A stretch of DNA of 64,000 nt from Eledone cirrhosa (lineage: Eukaryota). Below the pieces are notes generated by a model, which saw only the letters and a program-made list of their open reading frames with translations, was not told the origin of the DNA and searched no databases. Every line of letters begins with the position of its first letter. Position 1 is the first letter of the stretch. This document shows, in pieces, positions 51,927 through 64,000 of this stretch. A program made the translations under genes and the position numbers. The stretch is taken from the NCBI GenBank assembly GCA_964016885.1, contig OZ024743.1, positions 274,908,001 through 274,972,000 of the forward strand, in the 5' to 3' direction.

Positions 51927-52048
51927 TCGGACAGATCTATGATGAAAAGAATTTCAGCCATGACCCCTCCTTTTATAGGTATATAGGACTATATACCTAT
52001 AAAAGGAGGGGTCATGGCTGAAATTCTTTTCATCATAGATCTATCCGA
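51927..52048. repeat. 60-bp-arm palindrome
   Basis: Arms match with one mismatch around a 2-nt centre (51987-51988). Confidence 0.9.
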
Positions 52049-52344
52049 TTATTTAGTATGTCATTTCCTTATTTACGGTATGATTTGAGAGATATTTGGC
52101 TGCTATTTTTAACAGGTTCAGCGACCATATAGTGGCTCCTTTGCTATGGTGTCGATAAGATCTGTTTCAGTCAATCATTGAGGGTTGCGTGAGCGACTGG
52201 CCCTTTATATTTTCAGGGCTTCCGAGACTGATGGGAGAAAGTTGTATTAAAGTCAGAGATCTGGTCCGAATGCTTGCAACAAAACAAACTTCACAAATAT
52301 CTAAGGACAAAGATTCAACATATCGCCAAGGTAGGCCACAGATG

Positions 52345-52730
52345 GATTTGAACCCAGAACGTAAAGAACTGAAACAAATACCGCATGGCATCTTGGTCGA
52401 TGTTCTAATGATACCGTTGATCCACCATTCTGGACTGGTACCTATTAAGAATGAAAGGCAAAGTTGACCTCTGTGGGATTTGAACTCAGAGCACAAAGAG
52501 CCGGTCTACAACCTATAATTCTTTCTAGCATTGGCACAGGCACAAGGTCAGCAATTTTGGGGGGAAAAAGTCGAATATATCAAACCCAGTACGTAACTGG
52601 TACTTTAATTTATAGGCCCTGGAAAGATGAAAGACAAAGTTGACCTCGGTGGGATTTGAACTTGGAACGCAGAGAGCCAGAACTAATATCGCAAGGTATT
52701 TTATTCTACACTCTAATGATTCTGCGCCAC
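52345..52730 (-). mobile_element. Cluster of diverged SINE family A-related copies
   Basis: gatgaaag.caaagttgacctc.gtgggatttgaact motifs. Confidence 0.6.
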
Positions 52731-53407
52731 CTCTAACACCAATTCTCTGCAAATATTTTAACTTCTTTCTTTTTTATGTAAAGAAAAAAAGATGAAATGA
52801 GACATGTTAAAAGGAATGTAAAGAAAAACAAAAATAATAATATTTAAATTAAAAAGAAAAGCAACTAAATAATGATAGAAAGAAATAAGAGAAAACAATG
52901 CCAATAAATGAAGACATATTTCTATTGTTTCCGTTTGTTAGTTTATATCAAAGGTTGAAAGTTCTTTAGTTTTCACTTATTAAACGTTGACCTTCCTTTA
53001 ACGGCTCTTGGCGTTAAAGGAAGGTCAAAAAGTTTAATTATTTTCTGCTATTTTAAATAATAAAATAATAAAATAATAAAATATGATTGAAAATTATACC
53101 CGGACCCTCGGAAACGGTGGTAAGATCCAATATGGGGTTTCTGCAACTCCTGAATTAGGTACTGTCTGCTTAAACAAATAATGTTAAGCTTTTGGTATGA
53201 TGATCGAACAAGGAAGTCACTTTTTCAACAGGCATTTAGTTCTATGCAAATCTAAGGACTGACCGTTATCAAAACCCACGTGGGGTGTGATAAGGGAGAC
53301 AACCCCTTGGCGGATTAATTCAGTATGTGTGTTATTGCAAAATTGCAAAATATCACAAAACAAATTAAGCTCTCAACAGAATAGTTTTAAAAATTAATGT
53401 ATATATG

Positions 53408-53479
<72 letters not shown>

Positions 53480-55239
53480 ATATTTTTTTGAATTAGTCAC
53501 AGATGTAAAAAAGAAAAGAAAATGGATCTCCCTCGGTTTCGACGATGGGTATTTGGTTGCTCGATCAACAGAACGCCTTTTCATTGAATTGGCGTATATG
53601 TAGCTTAGTATTTCGAACAAATTTATACCAATAACTGCCAGCTTTTACCCACAAATTGGCTGATAGATATCTATTCATGATGAATGGTAGGGAGGAAGCG
53701 CTAAATCCCTACATTGTCTTCAGGATCTATTAGTGACTGCCTTCCTAAATGCCATTCATTGCCACTGGAAATATTTACCGAGTCTGGATCGTTTGATCCT
53801 AGACTTTTTGTGAAAGGGACAAAATCCCTTAGTCAGAAAATACATTTTCTGCCAACGTCCATCCTAAGAGGGTCTCGCAGTGCCATAACTGATAATGTGC
53901 AGACACCAACTTAAGATGCAACATATGCTAATATTTCAAGACGATGAGGTGGAGTCGTTGCTGTCAGGTGCGAGCATGTTTCAGAGGGAGGGGGAGTCGT
54001 GGTTTGGAAGATTTTTTGTCCCCCACTTTCTGGGTGGCTAGCTTTTCACTTTGGAAATTGTATTATACATGTTGTTTTTTTTATTAGTGTTTCCAATGGT
54101 AAAGGATTGGCAGAATCGTTAGAGCGCCGAACCAAATGCTTTGCTCTATTTCTTTCCGGCTTTTTACTCTCCGAATTCAAATCCTGCTGAGGTTAAATTA
54201 GCCTATCATTGTTCCAAGGTCGACCTTCCACTGTTCCCAAACTGCTGGCCTTGTTCCTAAGTTAGACATCATTATATATATTTATTGGAGATATCGCCTA
54301 ATACATCGGCTAAGGCTACCTTTAACTCTTCCTTTGGGAACACGAGGAAATCTGCTCTACGTTTGGAATAGAAAGGTAACGTTCTGCCTCTTAAATTACA
54401 AAACTCTGCCAAGTAGATTTCTCAATTTATCTTTTGAATCTGATTATTGATAGTAGTAGAGGAAAATGAACATTTTTTTATTTTTTTATTATTATTATTT
54501 TTATTTATTTAATTTTTTTGTTCTGTTTGGTTGGCAAATGTGTGCATGTGGGCAATGTTGTTGAACTGTTGATGTTGTCGTTGGTGTTTTTGCTGTTGCT
54601 GTTATTATTGTTGTTGTTTGTTGCTGTTTGCCTTTTTGCTATGAGTTTTCAAATCAATACTGCTGTTTTCTGTAAAAAGTCTATATTTTTTTTAAAGTTC
54701 TGAAATGTTTATGTCATGCTGTGTAATTAAATTCCTTTTCATTTTTTCTCTTTATTGTTTGTGAAAAAACGTGTTTGTTTTCATTTGAGTTGTTGGTGTA
54801 TGAAGGGGTTGTTTTGTGTTCCTTTTATGTTTACATCTTTTTCAACATGGCTGCACCTGCTCGAACATGAGTAGATATATCGAAAAGAAATGTAAACATT
54901 AAAAAAAAAATCATAATACCTTCTAAAAGCGATATTTTTTTTTTTTTATTGAGGTAAACTGCAGATTTTTGTCAGGTTTCCTATTTGAAAAATATCCGAT
55001 AAAAAATGTTATTCAGTAAACGTTGACACAAAAAATTCAATTCCATCGTAGCGAGTCAACGTACATCTGTCTTCGACAAACAGAAAATTAATAAAGATGA
55101 TGTTGACGATGATAACGACAACGACGACGCTGATGATGGTGGGGACGCCGACGATGATGATGATGATGATGATGATGACAGTGATGATGATGATGACGAC
55201 GATGACGTCGATGACGATGACTATAATGATGGCGATGAT

Positions 55240-55450
55240 AATGGTTTCTTATATAGGCACAAGGCCAGCAATTTTGGGGGACGGGGAAAGTCGATTAAAT
55301 CGACCCCAGTGCGTTACTGGTACTTTATTTTATCGACCTCGTAAGGATGAAAGGCAAAGTTAACCTCCGTGGGATTTGAACTCAGAACGTAAAGGGGCAT
55401 AACTCTATGCTGCAAATCAGGGTGTCTGACGCTCTACCGATACTGCCAAT
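55240..55450 (-). mobile_element. SINE family A
   Basis: Full body in reverse orientation. Confidence 0.8.
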
Positions 55451-55668
55451 GAGGAAAGTCGATTATATCGATGCCAGTACTTGACTAATAAAGTACAGGG
55501 TCGAACTAATTTTGCCTTCCCTCATAAAATTACGGGCCTTGTATCTCAATTAAAAAACTATTATTAGTAAAATAAAGTACCAGTCACACACTGCGGTCGA
55601 CTTAATCGACTTTCCCCTCCTCAAAAATTGTTGGACTTGTGCCTAAATCAAAAATCATTATTATTATT

Positions 55669-56121
55669 ATGGTGGCTATAGCGAAAGATGTTGTGTGGTG
55701 GTCAATGTCTCACTGACCGCTTCAAGTTTCAATTGGAGAGGAAGATGTGGGTGGAGAGGGAGGTGGTGTCCTCCAGTAAATTTACAAAAAAAGGTGGGTG
55801 AATGCAGCAAAAATGGCAAGAATGAATGAGCCTAATTTCAACTTGTGCGTTAGGCCGGGCAATGCCAGTTAGTAGAGGGCATTCACTCTTGGTAGTCAGA
55901 GTGATGGTGGATGTATATTTGTCCTCAGTCTTAGGTATTCAGCTCACTATAACTGGAGGACTCAATGCTTTATACAATTGTATACTATGTATACCTAACT
56001 TTTGTATACTATATTTACTTGTTACCCAATTTCTGATTTCTATGTAAATCATCACTTCGATGTCGTAACTTCTTGTAATGTCTCCGTTATCAGGTGATAT
56101 TGAGGCAAATAAAAGAAATTA
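55669..56121 (+). mobile_element. 5'-truncated Tx1-like LINE, diverged relative of 44444-50137
   Basis: Translates VAIAKDVVWW...FKFQLERKMWVEREVVSSSKF...WVNAAKMARMN, aligning with the ORF2 C-terminus IAMAKEVVWW...FKYHFRRRIRMEREVLYPSKF..RWVKVARMARVN; same ggcaaataaa.agaaat end. Confidence 0.75.
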
Positions 56122-56124
56122 TCA

Positions 56125-56335
56125 TTCTTGCAGAATCGGTAGAGCGTCGGGCACCATTGTTCGTGGCATGCAGTTACAGCCCTTTACGTTCTGAGTTAAA
56201 ATCCCACCGAGGTTAACTTTGCCTTTCATCCTTACGGGGTCGATAAATAAAGTACTAGTAATGCACTGGGGTTGATTTAATCGACTTTCCCCTCTCCTCA
56301 AAATTGTTGGGCTTGTGCCTAAATCAGAAACAATT
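56125..56335 (+). mobile_element. SINE family A
   Basis: A box (ttgcagaatcgg), B box (gagttaaaatcc) and body. Confidence 0.8.
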
Positions 56336-57136
56336 ATTATTATTATTATCACCGCATCATCATTATTATTATTATTATTACGTTGTTACGCCAAAGAGTA
56401 AAAACAAACGCCTCGTTGATTTTGTACTTACTTTGCTTCTGTGGTGCACAGACTATCACCCCCGCCAACCCAAACCTGTAAACTTACAGACGTCTGGGAT
56501 AAGTCACCCTAAAACAGTGGACTGCGGCAAACGAAACGAAACCCAAAACAGGTCCCTATTCCCTATCCAGTACTATCCCACCCTACTCCCTTTACTTTTC
56601 TTTCATGTCATTATCTCTTGCTCTCACCATGGTGTCTCTAATGAGACAGCTGTTCTCTTTTTAAACATATGTTTCGCCGTACACTCAAAGACGTGTGTGT
56701 GGAGAGACTAGCCACACGCACGCACGCATGCGCGTACACACGTATGTACACACACGCACATCGTTTCATGCTCCTTCCTTTTTCTGAGTTCCCGCTCTAT
56801 CGTAAATATATATTTATATATATATATATATAGATGTGTGTGTGTGTGTGTGTGTGTGCATATATATGTATTTCTACCCAAACACACATATATACATGCT
56901 GGTTTCTACCATGTAGACTGCAACCCCATTATATATTTTTCAAATCTAGTATATATTTTATCGATCTTCGTCAAATATCACGCTATATATATATATTAGC
57001 AAAGGGATATTTAATTTGTTGGTAATTCAACAAATAAATTTATAACAGATTCGAAGCACTCGACAGTGCTTTTTTCTGGAGTATAATATCAATGACACTA
57101 ATAAATGGAAACTATATTTATAAAACCATATTAATT

Positions 57137-57191
57137 CTATTATATATATTTCAAGGGTACCAAAACTTTGGTACGCTCTCATCAGATAAAA
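57137..57191 (-). ncRNA. Hammerhead ribozyme motif
   Basis: ttttat-CTGATGA-gagcgtaccaa.agtt.ttggtaccctt-GAAA-tata-TA-taataga. Confidence 0.6.
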
Positions 57192-57735
57192 TACAAAGTT
57201 TGTTATAGTTTCCATTTATTAATATCATTGATATATATATATATATGACAGGGTTCAATGACCTGCGTGTATATTATTTTCACGATCGCCTCCTCCTCCC
57301 ATTTGGGGACAGTGTGAGTTTTCTTTAGAACTGCTGGACTTACAACCTAGCAGCTCCTTCTAGCACTGATGGAGATTATCGCTAAATATTGATGTTGATT
57401 TAGTTATTAATATTAATATTATTGGGCACCCACTGACGATTTATAAGGGCCCACTTGCATAGGAATCCATTGATCTTATACAAGCTTCTACATAACTTGG
57501 TAGAATTTCACCCACCATGTAGAAATATTATAATGAAACGATTGTATGGGGAATGAGATTTTCAATATGTCTCATATAAAATAATACAGCCAATTATCCA
57601 CACAATACAATATAGTTAGCACCCCAAACGTTTAATTGGGAATATACTCCGGTATTTCCTAAAGTTTGTTGAGTGAGTTGGAAAATGGTCGGAGTATCGC
57701 TATTAGCTTTCTCCGTTTATGTATTTATGTATATA

Positions 57736-57805
<70 letters not shown>

Positions 57806-58099
57806 AAGGTAGATAAGGTTTTGTTTATGTATATCAGGAATGAATGCTTAAAAATATATATAATATAAACAGATATATATATATATGTGTGTGTGTGGGT
57901 GGATGGGTGTGTCTGTGTGTGTGTCTCTGTGTGTGTCTGTGTGTGTGTGTGTGTGTGCGCGCTCACGCACGCGTACAAAGTGGGAAGGAAGGGCGTTAGG
58001 GTGACAATCTATACAGAGTGGCACCACAGATTCATGCACATGTGGGATTTCTGGGTGAGCTTACTGGATATTTCCGTTGCTGTACGAATTGTAATATTT

Positions 58100-58665
58100 T
58101 CATTTCACCTGACACTGGTAACAGGGATCCTGTGTCCCTGAATGTCGTGGAAACTGGTGACGTGATGTGGGAGTACGGGTATGACCTGGAAACTAAAGTT
58201 TGGTTATTTCAGTAGAAACATCCATCCAACGCCGCTAAGTCCAATAAAAAGCAGGTCGGGTGCAGAACAAAAACATATTGATGTTTACTGCTTTCTTGGA
58301 CTACCGAGGCGTTATGCATTTACAAGGGAATACTATCAGGAAATTACACCAATGTGATGTAGTTTGGTGCAAAAGGTCGGATCTGTGAGCCTTGCAAATC
58401 TGGCTGCTGCATCATGAAAACGCCCCGGCTTATTCGTCGCAACTGTTCCACAGTTTCTTCGCTAAAAAAGACATATCACTCACACGCCAGTCTCTAGCGT
58501 CTACTTCTGGATGTCCGCAAAAATGAAGATCACGCCTAAAGCTTCTTCTTTGAGACCCGACAACGGACAGGGTCCATTCCGGAAAAAGCATTCCAGACGA
58601 GCTTCGAACATTATGAGATCCCTGGGCTACAAAATGGAGACACAAGGTCCTACTCCGAAGGAAAT
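58100..58665 (+). mobile_element. Mariner (Tc1/mariner) transposase relic
   Basis: DPVSLNVVETGDVMWEYGYDLETK...Q*KHP, MFTAFLDYRGVMH and WLLHHENAPAYSS match mariner motifs TGDE.W.YgYdpETK and HDNApaH. Confidence 0.8.
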
Positions 58666-58739
58666 TATCAATTGAATCTCAGCAAGTGCGTAAATCTTTC
58701 TCTGTTCGAATATTTATTCAACAGATATATAAATATGAA

Positions 58740-58977
58740 GGCGCGTGGCTTAGTGGTTGGGCTTGCAATCATAAGGTTGTGATTCCCGGACTGGGTGAGG
58801 CATTGTTCCAAGCTGTATCGACCATTGCTTTTTTCATTGGACAAAATCAATGGCATGGAGAGGAGAGAGAGGCATACATGGGCGACTGCTGCTCTTCCAT
58901 AGATAACCTTGCCCATATTTGTGCCTCAGAGGGAAACTTTCTAGGTGCAAATGCCATGGTCATCGTGACCGAATGGT
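58740..58977 (+). mobile_element. tRNA-derived SINE
   Basis: ggcgcgtggcttagtggtt A-box head; tail related to ~2670-2790. Confidence 0.6.
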
Positions 58978-59040
58978 ATTTTATATATATATGTATATAT
59001 ATATATATGTGTGTGTGTGTAAATGTATGTATTATGTATA

Positions 59041-59158
<118 letters not shown>

Positions 59159-59262
59159 TATAAGACTTTTCCTTCTCCATTAAGCGTGAAACTAACATAT
59201 ATCTCCATTGAACTTCATCGTCTGGTGTGTTTTTCTGTTTACTTTACACACATATGTATATG

Positions 59263-59368
<106 letters not shown>

Positions 59369-59685
59369 AATGGCGAACCTGTTCTGGAGCTGTAATTATT
59401 GCGATAGTACAAACATTCAAACTCTTTCGCACATATTTACGGAACCACATTATTACTACACGTGCAGTAAAATATATAAGCATGTGGGTGCGTATATGTG
59501 TGTATAATATATATATATATATGTATATATGTATATGTATATATATATGTGTGTGTGTGTGTGTGCTCAATCTCAAATCTTTTCTCCGCCAGCCCCATTC
59601 TATTCTCAAGCGCTTCCTCCAACCTCTCCCCACTATTCCAATTCCATCCCGCCCATCCCCTTAATCTATTTTATTTCTCATTCTT

Positions 59686-59721
59686 TCTTCTGATGAAGGA
59701 CTAGCGTCCGAAACGTTAAGA
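59686..59721 (+). ncRNA. Minimal type I hammerhead ribozyme (canonical PLE-type)
   Basis: tctt-CTGATGA-a-ggac.tagc.gtcc-GAAA-cg-TT-aaga; all stems pair; AACGTT palindrome. Confidence 0.8.
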
Positions 59722-59822
59722 CCCTCTTCCTGCTATATCAATCGTTAACCTAATATATACCTTCCATATACCGAATGTGTTGTTATTTCTGTTTACCTTT
59801 TACATACATATACATATATATG

Positions 59823-59896
<74 letters not shown>

Positions 59897-60217
59897 AATA
59901 TATATATATATACAGTATATATGTGCGTGTGTGTATATATATATGTGTGAGTGCATATATATATATATATATACAAACATATATATATATACAAATATAT
60001 ATATGCAAATGTATATATATATATGTATATATAATATATCTCCATTGATTATATATATATATATATCCTAGACCTCCAGTAGACAATTAATGAGGAGCCC
60101 CTCCACCCTTCTTGCTTTCTTCGTATTCCCACTGCATTTTAAGTTACCTTAAATAGCAACTACACAGCCATTTCTATTCTCCATATATATATATAATTTA
60201 TATATGTATATATACAT

Positions 60218-60267
<50 letters not shown>

Positions 60268-60460
60268 GAGAGAGATAATTTAATATATCTACTAACATAA
60301 GCGCACACAGATGTACGCCAATGCCAGCAAATACACAGGTTATGTCATAGTACCTAGGTGGTTCAATGCAGGAGGATGCAGAACAATAATATAAAAAACG
60401 TAAAATAAGAAAATTTTTAAAAAAATTTTTAAAAATTAACTTACTTACTAAAATTTTCAG

Positions 60461-60539
60461 TCCAACTAATTAGTTTCTGCAATGGGATAAAGACAGTTAC
60501 GTAATGAACTGTTGAGAATTTCATTGCGTCATCAGGGAG
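60461..60539 (-). ncRNA. Type I hammerhead ribozyme
   Basis: ctcc-CTGATGA-cgcaatg...cattgca-GAAA-ctaattag-TT-gga on the minus strand. Confidence 0.7.
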
Positions 60540-61218
60540 GTCTATTCTCAGCCAAGTCTCCAGGCAATGCGCGGACACTGGGGACTCATATAAAAATAAT
60601 AATAATTCGGTAAATGGAACAGCTATCGGGGACTGGATTCCAAGTACTGAAATCCTCGCTGCCACAGGTCAAATGGCCGATTCTAAAGAATCAATCACGT
60701 GACACTGAGGCTAGTCGGTAGGAGTGGGATGGTAAGATGACAGACGCCTACTAACACACCAAAAATTTAGTAGTGGTTTTGGCAGGTTTGCTCGACAAAT
60801 CAGTGATTTGGAGATAAATATAGATAATTTAATATATCTACTAACATAAGCGCACAGATGTACGCCAATGCCAGCAAATACACAGGTTATGTCATAGTAC
60901 CTAGGTGGTTCAATGCAGGAGGATATTAAATTATCTATATTTATCTCCAAATCACTGATTTGTCGAGCAAACCTGCCAAAACCACTACTAAATGTTTGGT
61001 GTGTTAGTAGGCGTCTGTCATCTTACCATCCCACTCCTACCGACTAGCCTCAGTGTCACGTGATTGATTCTTTAGAATCGGCCATTTGACCTGTGGCAGC
61101 GAGGATTTCAGTACTTGAAATCCAGTCCTCGATAGATGTTCCATTTACCGAATTATTATTATTTTTATATGAGTCCCCACTGTCCGCGCATTGCCTGGAG
61201 ACTTGGCTGAGAATAGAC

Positions 61219-61298
61219 CTCCCTGATGACGCAATGAAATTCTCAACAGTTCATTACGTAACTGTCTTTATCCCATTGCAGAAACTAATTAGATGGAG
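61219..61298 (+). ncRNA. Hammerhead ribozyme with mutated cleavage triplet
   Basis: As above but GAAA-ctaattag-AT-ggag (U16.1 changed to A). Confidence 0.55.
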
Positions 61299-61359
61299 TG
61301 AAAATTTTAGTAAGTAAGTTAATTTTTTAAAAATTTTTTTTAAATTTTCTTATTTTACG

Positions 61360-61475
<116 letters not shown>

Positions 61476-61520
61476 CGATATTAAACAAATGGAAACTATA
61501 TTTATAAAACCATATTTATT

Positions 61521-61580
61521 TCGTTATATATATTTCTGGGATATCATATTAAAAATATGGTATGCCTTCCTCAGACAAAA
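61521..61580 (-). ncRNA. Hammerhead ribozyme motif
   Basis: ttttgt-CTGAGGA-aggcataccatatt.ttt.aatatgatatccca-GAAA-tata-TA-taacga; flank shared with 57100-57135. Confidence 0.5.
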
Positions 61581-61875
61581 TACAATACATAAGCTGTTTT
61601 ATAAATAATTAGTGACATACCTTGTAATAATGCAACTTCCATTTAAAAAGTTGATTGATATCAGTTATAAAATATTTACTCGTTGTAACCCAACAATCTT
61701 AAATAAAACTTTTGCATATATATATTATATATATATTAGAAAGTGAGGTTTTTTTTACAAAATGAAAAATAACCGAGGTGTCCTACACGAGTGAAGGTAT
61801 AAAGAAAAAAAGATGAAATCGAAAATGCAAATGGAGTCTTATTTTTAAAAATATATATATATATTTATTTGTTTC

Positions 61876-61911
61876 CTTTACCGCTTTCGCAGTTCTTCTG
61901 CTTTTCAAAAG
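61876..61911 (-). ncRNA. Hammerhead ribozyme, U3-A8 core variant
   Basis: ctt-TTGAAAA-gcag.aagaa.ctgc-GAAA-gcgg-TA-aag. Confidence 0.55.
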
Positions 61912-62432
61912 TAGAGTTGAGATGGAGGGTCTGTGGTTTTTCTCACATCTGGTTGGTCTCTGAATGTTACTTGTTTTATATGGAAAAAGTGGCTCGAAAT
62001 GCCAGGTTTTTCGAGAAGTAATTTGATTGGTTGGTCAATAATTATAATAAATTTCGCGCCAGTTCGCGTTACAAAGTTCTTCAAACAAGGGCGGGGGATG
62101 TCGCAGGTTGTTTTTTCATATATGAGTGTTTGAATTTCTTTTTACTTAAAAAAAGTGGGGCTCACGAAGGCTTTTTTTTAACAAACGTAATTTGATTGTT
62201 TAAAAATGAAATTATGGCTGTCACGTGAACAAGTTTTCATTAAATTTTCGCGCCCTTATTTGGAAATCTATGTGCTTGTGTGTGTGTGTGTGTGTTGTGT
62301 GTGTGTGTTTGAATTTCTTTTTACTTAAAAAAAAGTGGGCTCACGAAGGCTTTTCTTTAATAAACGTAATTTGATTACGTTTATTAAAAAAAGCCTTCGT
62401 GAGCCCCCATTTTTTTAAGTAAAAAGAAATTC

Positions 62433-62514
<82 letters not shown>

Positions 62515-63008
62515 GAAACATACATATATTTACTTTATTCAATAGAAAATCTGAATTCTGACACCCCAGCGAACTAACCATATTCACTGAACCAGAACAA
62601 TTCCCCCATCCAATTTCTTTTGACCATTATCTTTTACTTGTCATAAAATTCTCTAAAAAGGCTACAGAATAGATTTCCAAATAAGGGCGCGAAAATTTAA
62701 TGAAAACTTGTTCACGTGACAACCATAATTTCATTTATAACCAATCAAATTACGTTTACTAAAAAAAAGCCTTCGTGAGCCCCCTTTTTTTAAGTAATAT
62801 ATGAAAAAACAACCTGTGACAGCCCCGGCCCTTGTTTGAAGAACTCTGTAACGTGAACTGGCGCGAAATTTATTATAATTATTGACCAACCAATCAAATT
62901 ACTTCTCGAAAAACCTGGCATTTCGAGCCACTTTTTCTATATAAAACAAGTAACATTCAGAGACCAACCAGATGTGAGAAAAACCACAGACCCTCCATCT
63001 CAACCCTA

Positions 63009-63044
63009 CTTTTGAAAAGCAGAAGAACTGCGAAAGCGGTAAAG
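63009..63044 (+). ncRNA. Hammerhead ribozyme, U3-A8 core variant
   Basis: ctt-TTGAAAA-gcag.aagaa.ctgc-GAAA-gcgg-TA-aag. Confidence 0.55.
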
Positions 63045-63106
63045 GAACCAAATAAATATATATATTTTTTTTTAAAAATAAGTTGCATTTTCGATTTCAT
63101 CCTTTT

Positions 63107-63155
<49 letters not shown>

Positions 63156-63453
63156 AAATGAAATTAAGGGTGTCATGTCTGAGAGACATGCGCCATATCC
63201 ACTGCAGAATAAGCTCAAAGATTCCAATGAATAGATTCGAACATTTTATATCAACTAGAAATAGATTGACATATATATATATATAAAATAAACATATGAA
63301 ACAATCACAGGGAATAATTTGTAAAGTGTGTAAGCACACATAGCTAGGTAGCTAACTAATTAAAGTTTAACTAGCTTCAAATATAGATATCTTTTTAAAT
63401 TATTGTTTCATATGTTTATTTTATATATATATATATGTCAATCTATTACTAGT

Positions 63454-63504
<51 letters not shown>

Positions 63505-63524
<20 letters not shown>

Positions 63525-63657
63525 TGCAGTTTCCATCATAAGGTATTTGGCAACTCGGGAATATAGTAGAAGATCCCAAGATAATGTGATACGGGACTGA
63601 ACCCTGGCCCATGTGCTTTCGAAAAGAACCCCTTTACCACACAGCCATGCCTGCACC
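63505..63657 (-). mobile_element. tRNA-derived SINE remnant
   Basis: Reverse head gcaggcatggctgtgtggtaa...gggttcagtccc and tail gatggaaactg. Confidence 0.55.
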
Positions 63658-63659
63658 TA

Positions 63660-63739
<80 letters not shown>

Positions 63740-64000
63740 TAGGTGTGTGCGTCTGTGTTTGACAGAGTGAGAGAGTATATGTGTGTGAGAGAGAGTATAT
63801 GTATGTTTGTGCGTGTTGTGAGTATATGTGTGTTTGACAGTGTGAGAGAGTATGTGTGGGTGAGTATGCGTATGTGAGAGAGAGAGAGAAAAAAAGAAGG
63901 GGAGGGGTGTTGTTTCTGTACACACATACATATTTAATGAAGTGCTTATATATGTAGCTCTGATCTGAAGTTCCCATAATCACAATGTTCTGTGTCAGTT

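Larger units (their letters stand above)
61745..63110. mobile_element. Large nested inverted-repeat element flanked by (TA)n
   Basis: ~61800-62122 is inverted at 62797-63110; 62131-62270 is inverted at 62669-62797; 62310-62370 is inverted at 62377-62434. Confidence 0.8.

Noticed and set aside
53640-53975. Possible exon or LINE fragment
   Set aside because: No recognisable motif in the frames read and no convincing splice sites.
57245-57715. Possible PLE RT thumb-domain relic on the minus strand
   Set aside because: Only faint similarity across several frameshifts (ISTW..KFYQ..INGF); needs a translated HMM search.

Overview
AT-rich, microsatellite-saturated eukaryotic DNA with no recognisable host protein-coding exon. 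The SINE repertoire, RTE/Tx1 LINEs and (TA)n/(CA)n/(ACC)n load suggest a mollusc, probably an Octopus-type cephalopod, intron or intergenic region (inference). Almost all ORFs in the supplied track are simple-repeat artefacts. Real coding remnants are all transposon-derived: a near full-length Tx1/L1-clade LINE (44444-50137, gag-knuckle ORF1, APE-RT-zinc-finger ORF2, a few inactivating lesions, 50-bp flanking duplication), a 5'-truncated relative, RTE and CR1-like fragments, a mariner relic and a Penelope-like GIY-YIG fragment. The main finding is a dense set of short non-coding elements, mostly embedded in (TA)n tracts, in tandem, circularly permuted or inverted arrangements. Each carries a minimal type I hammerhead ribozyme, often with a palindromic helix III: about 16 motifs from 7-8 unrelated families, including a U3-A8 core variant. 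One family has two ribozymes 557 nt apart in tandem and recurs with a different start point, as expected for a retrozyme-like circular-RNA retroelement mobilised by Penelope-like machinery. Boundaries of degenerate repeats are approximate; all folds were read by eye.
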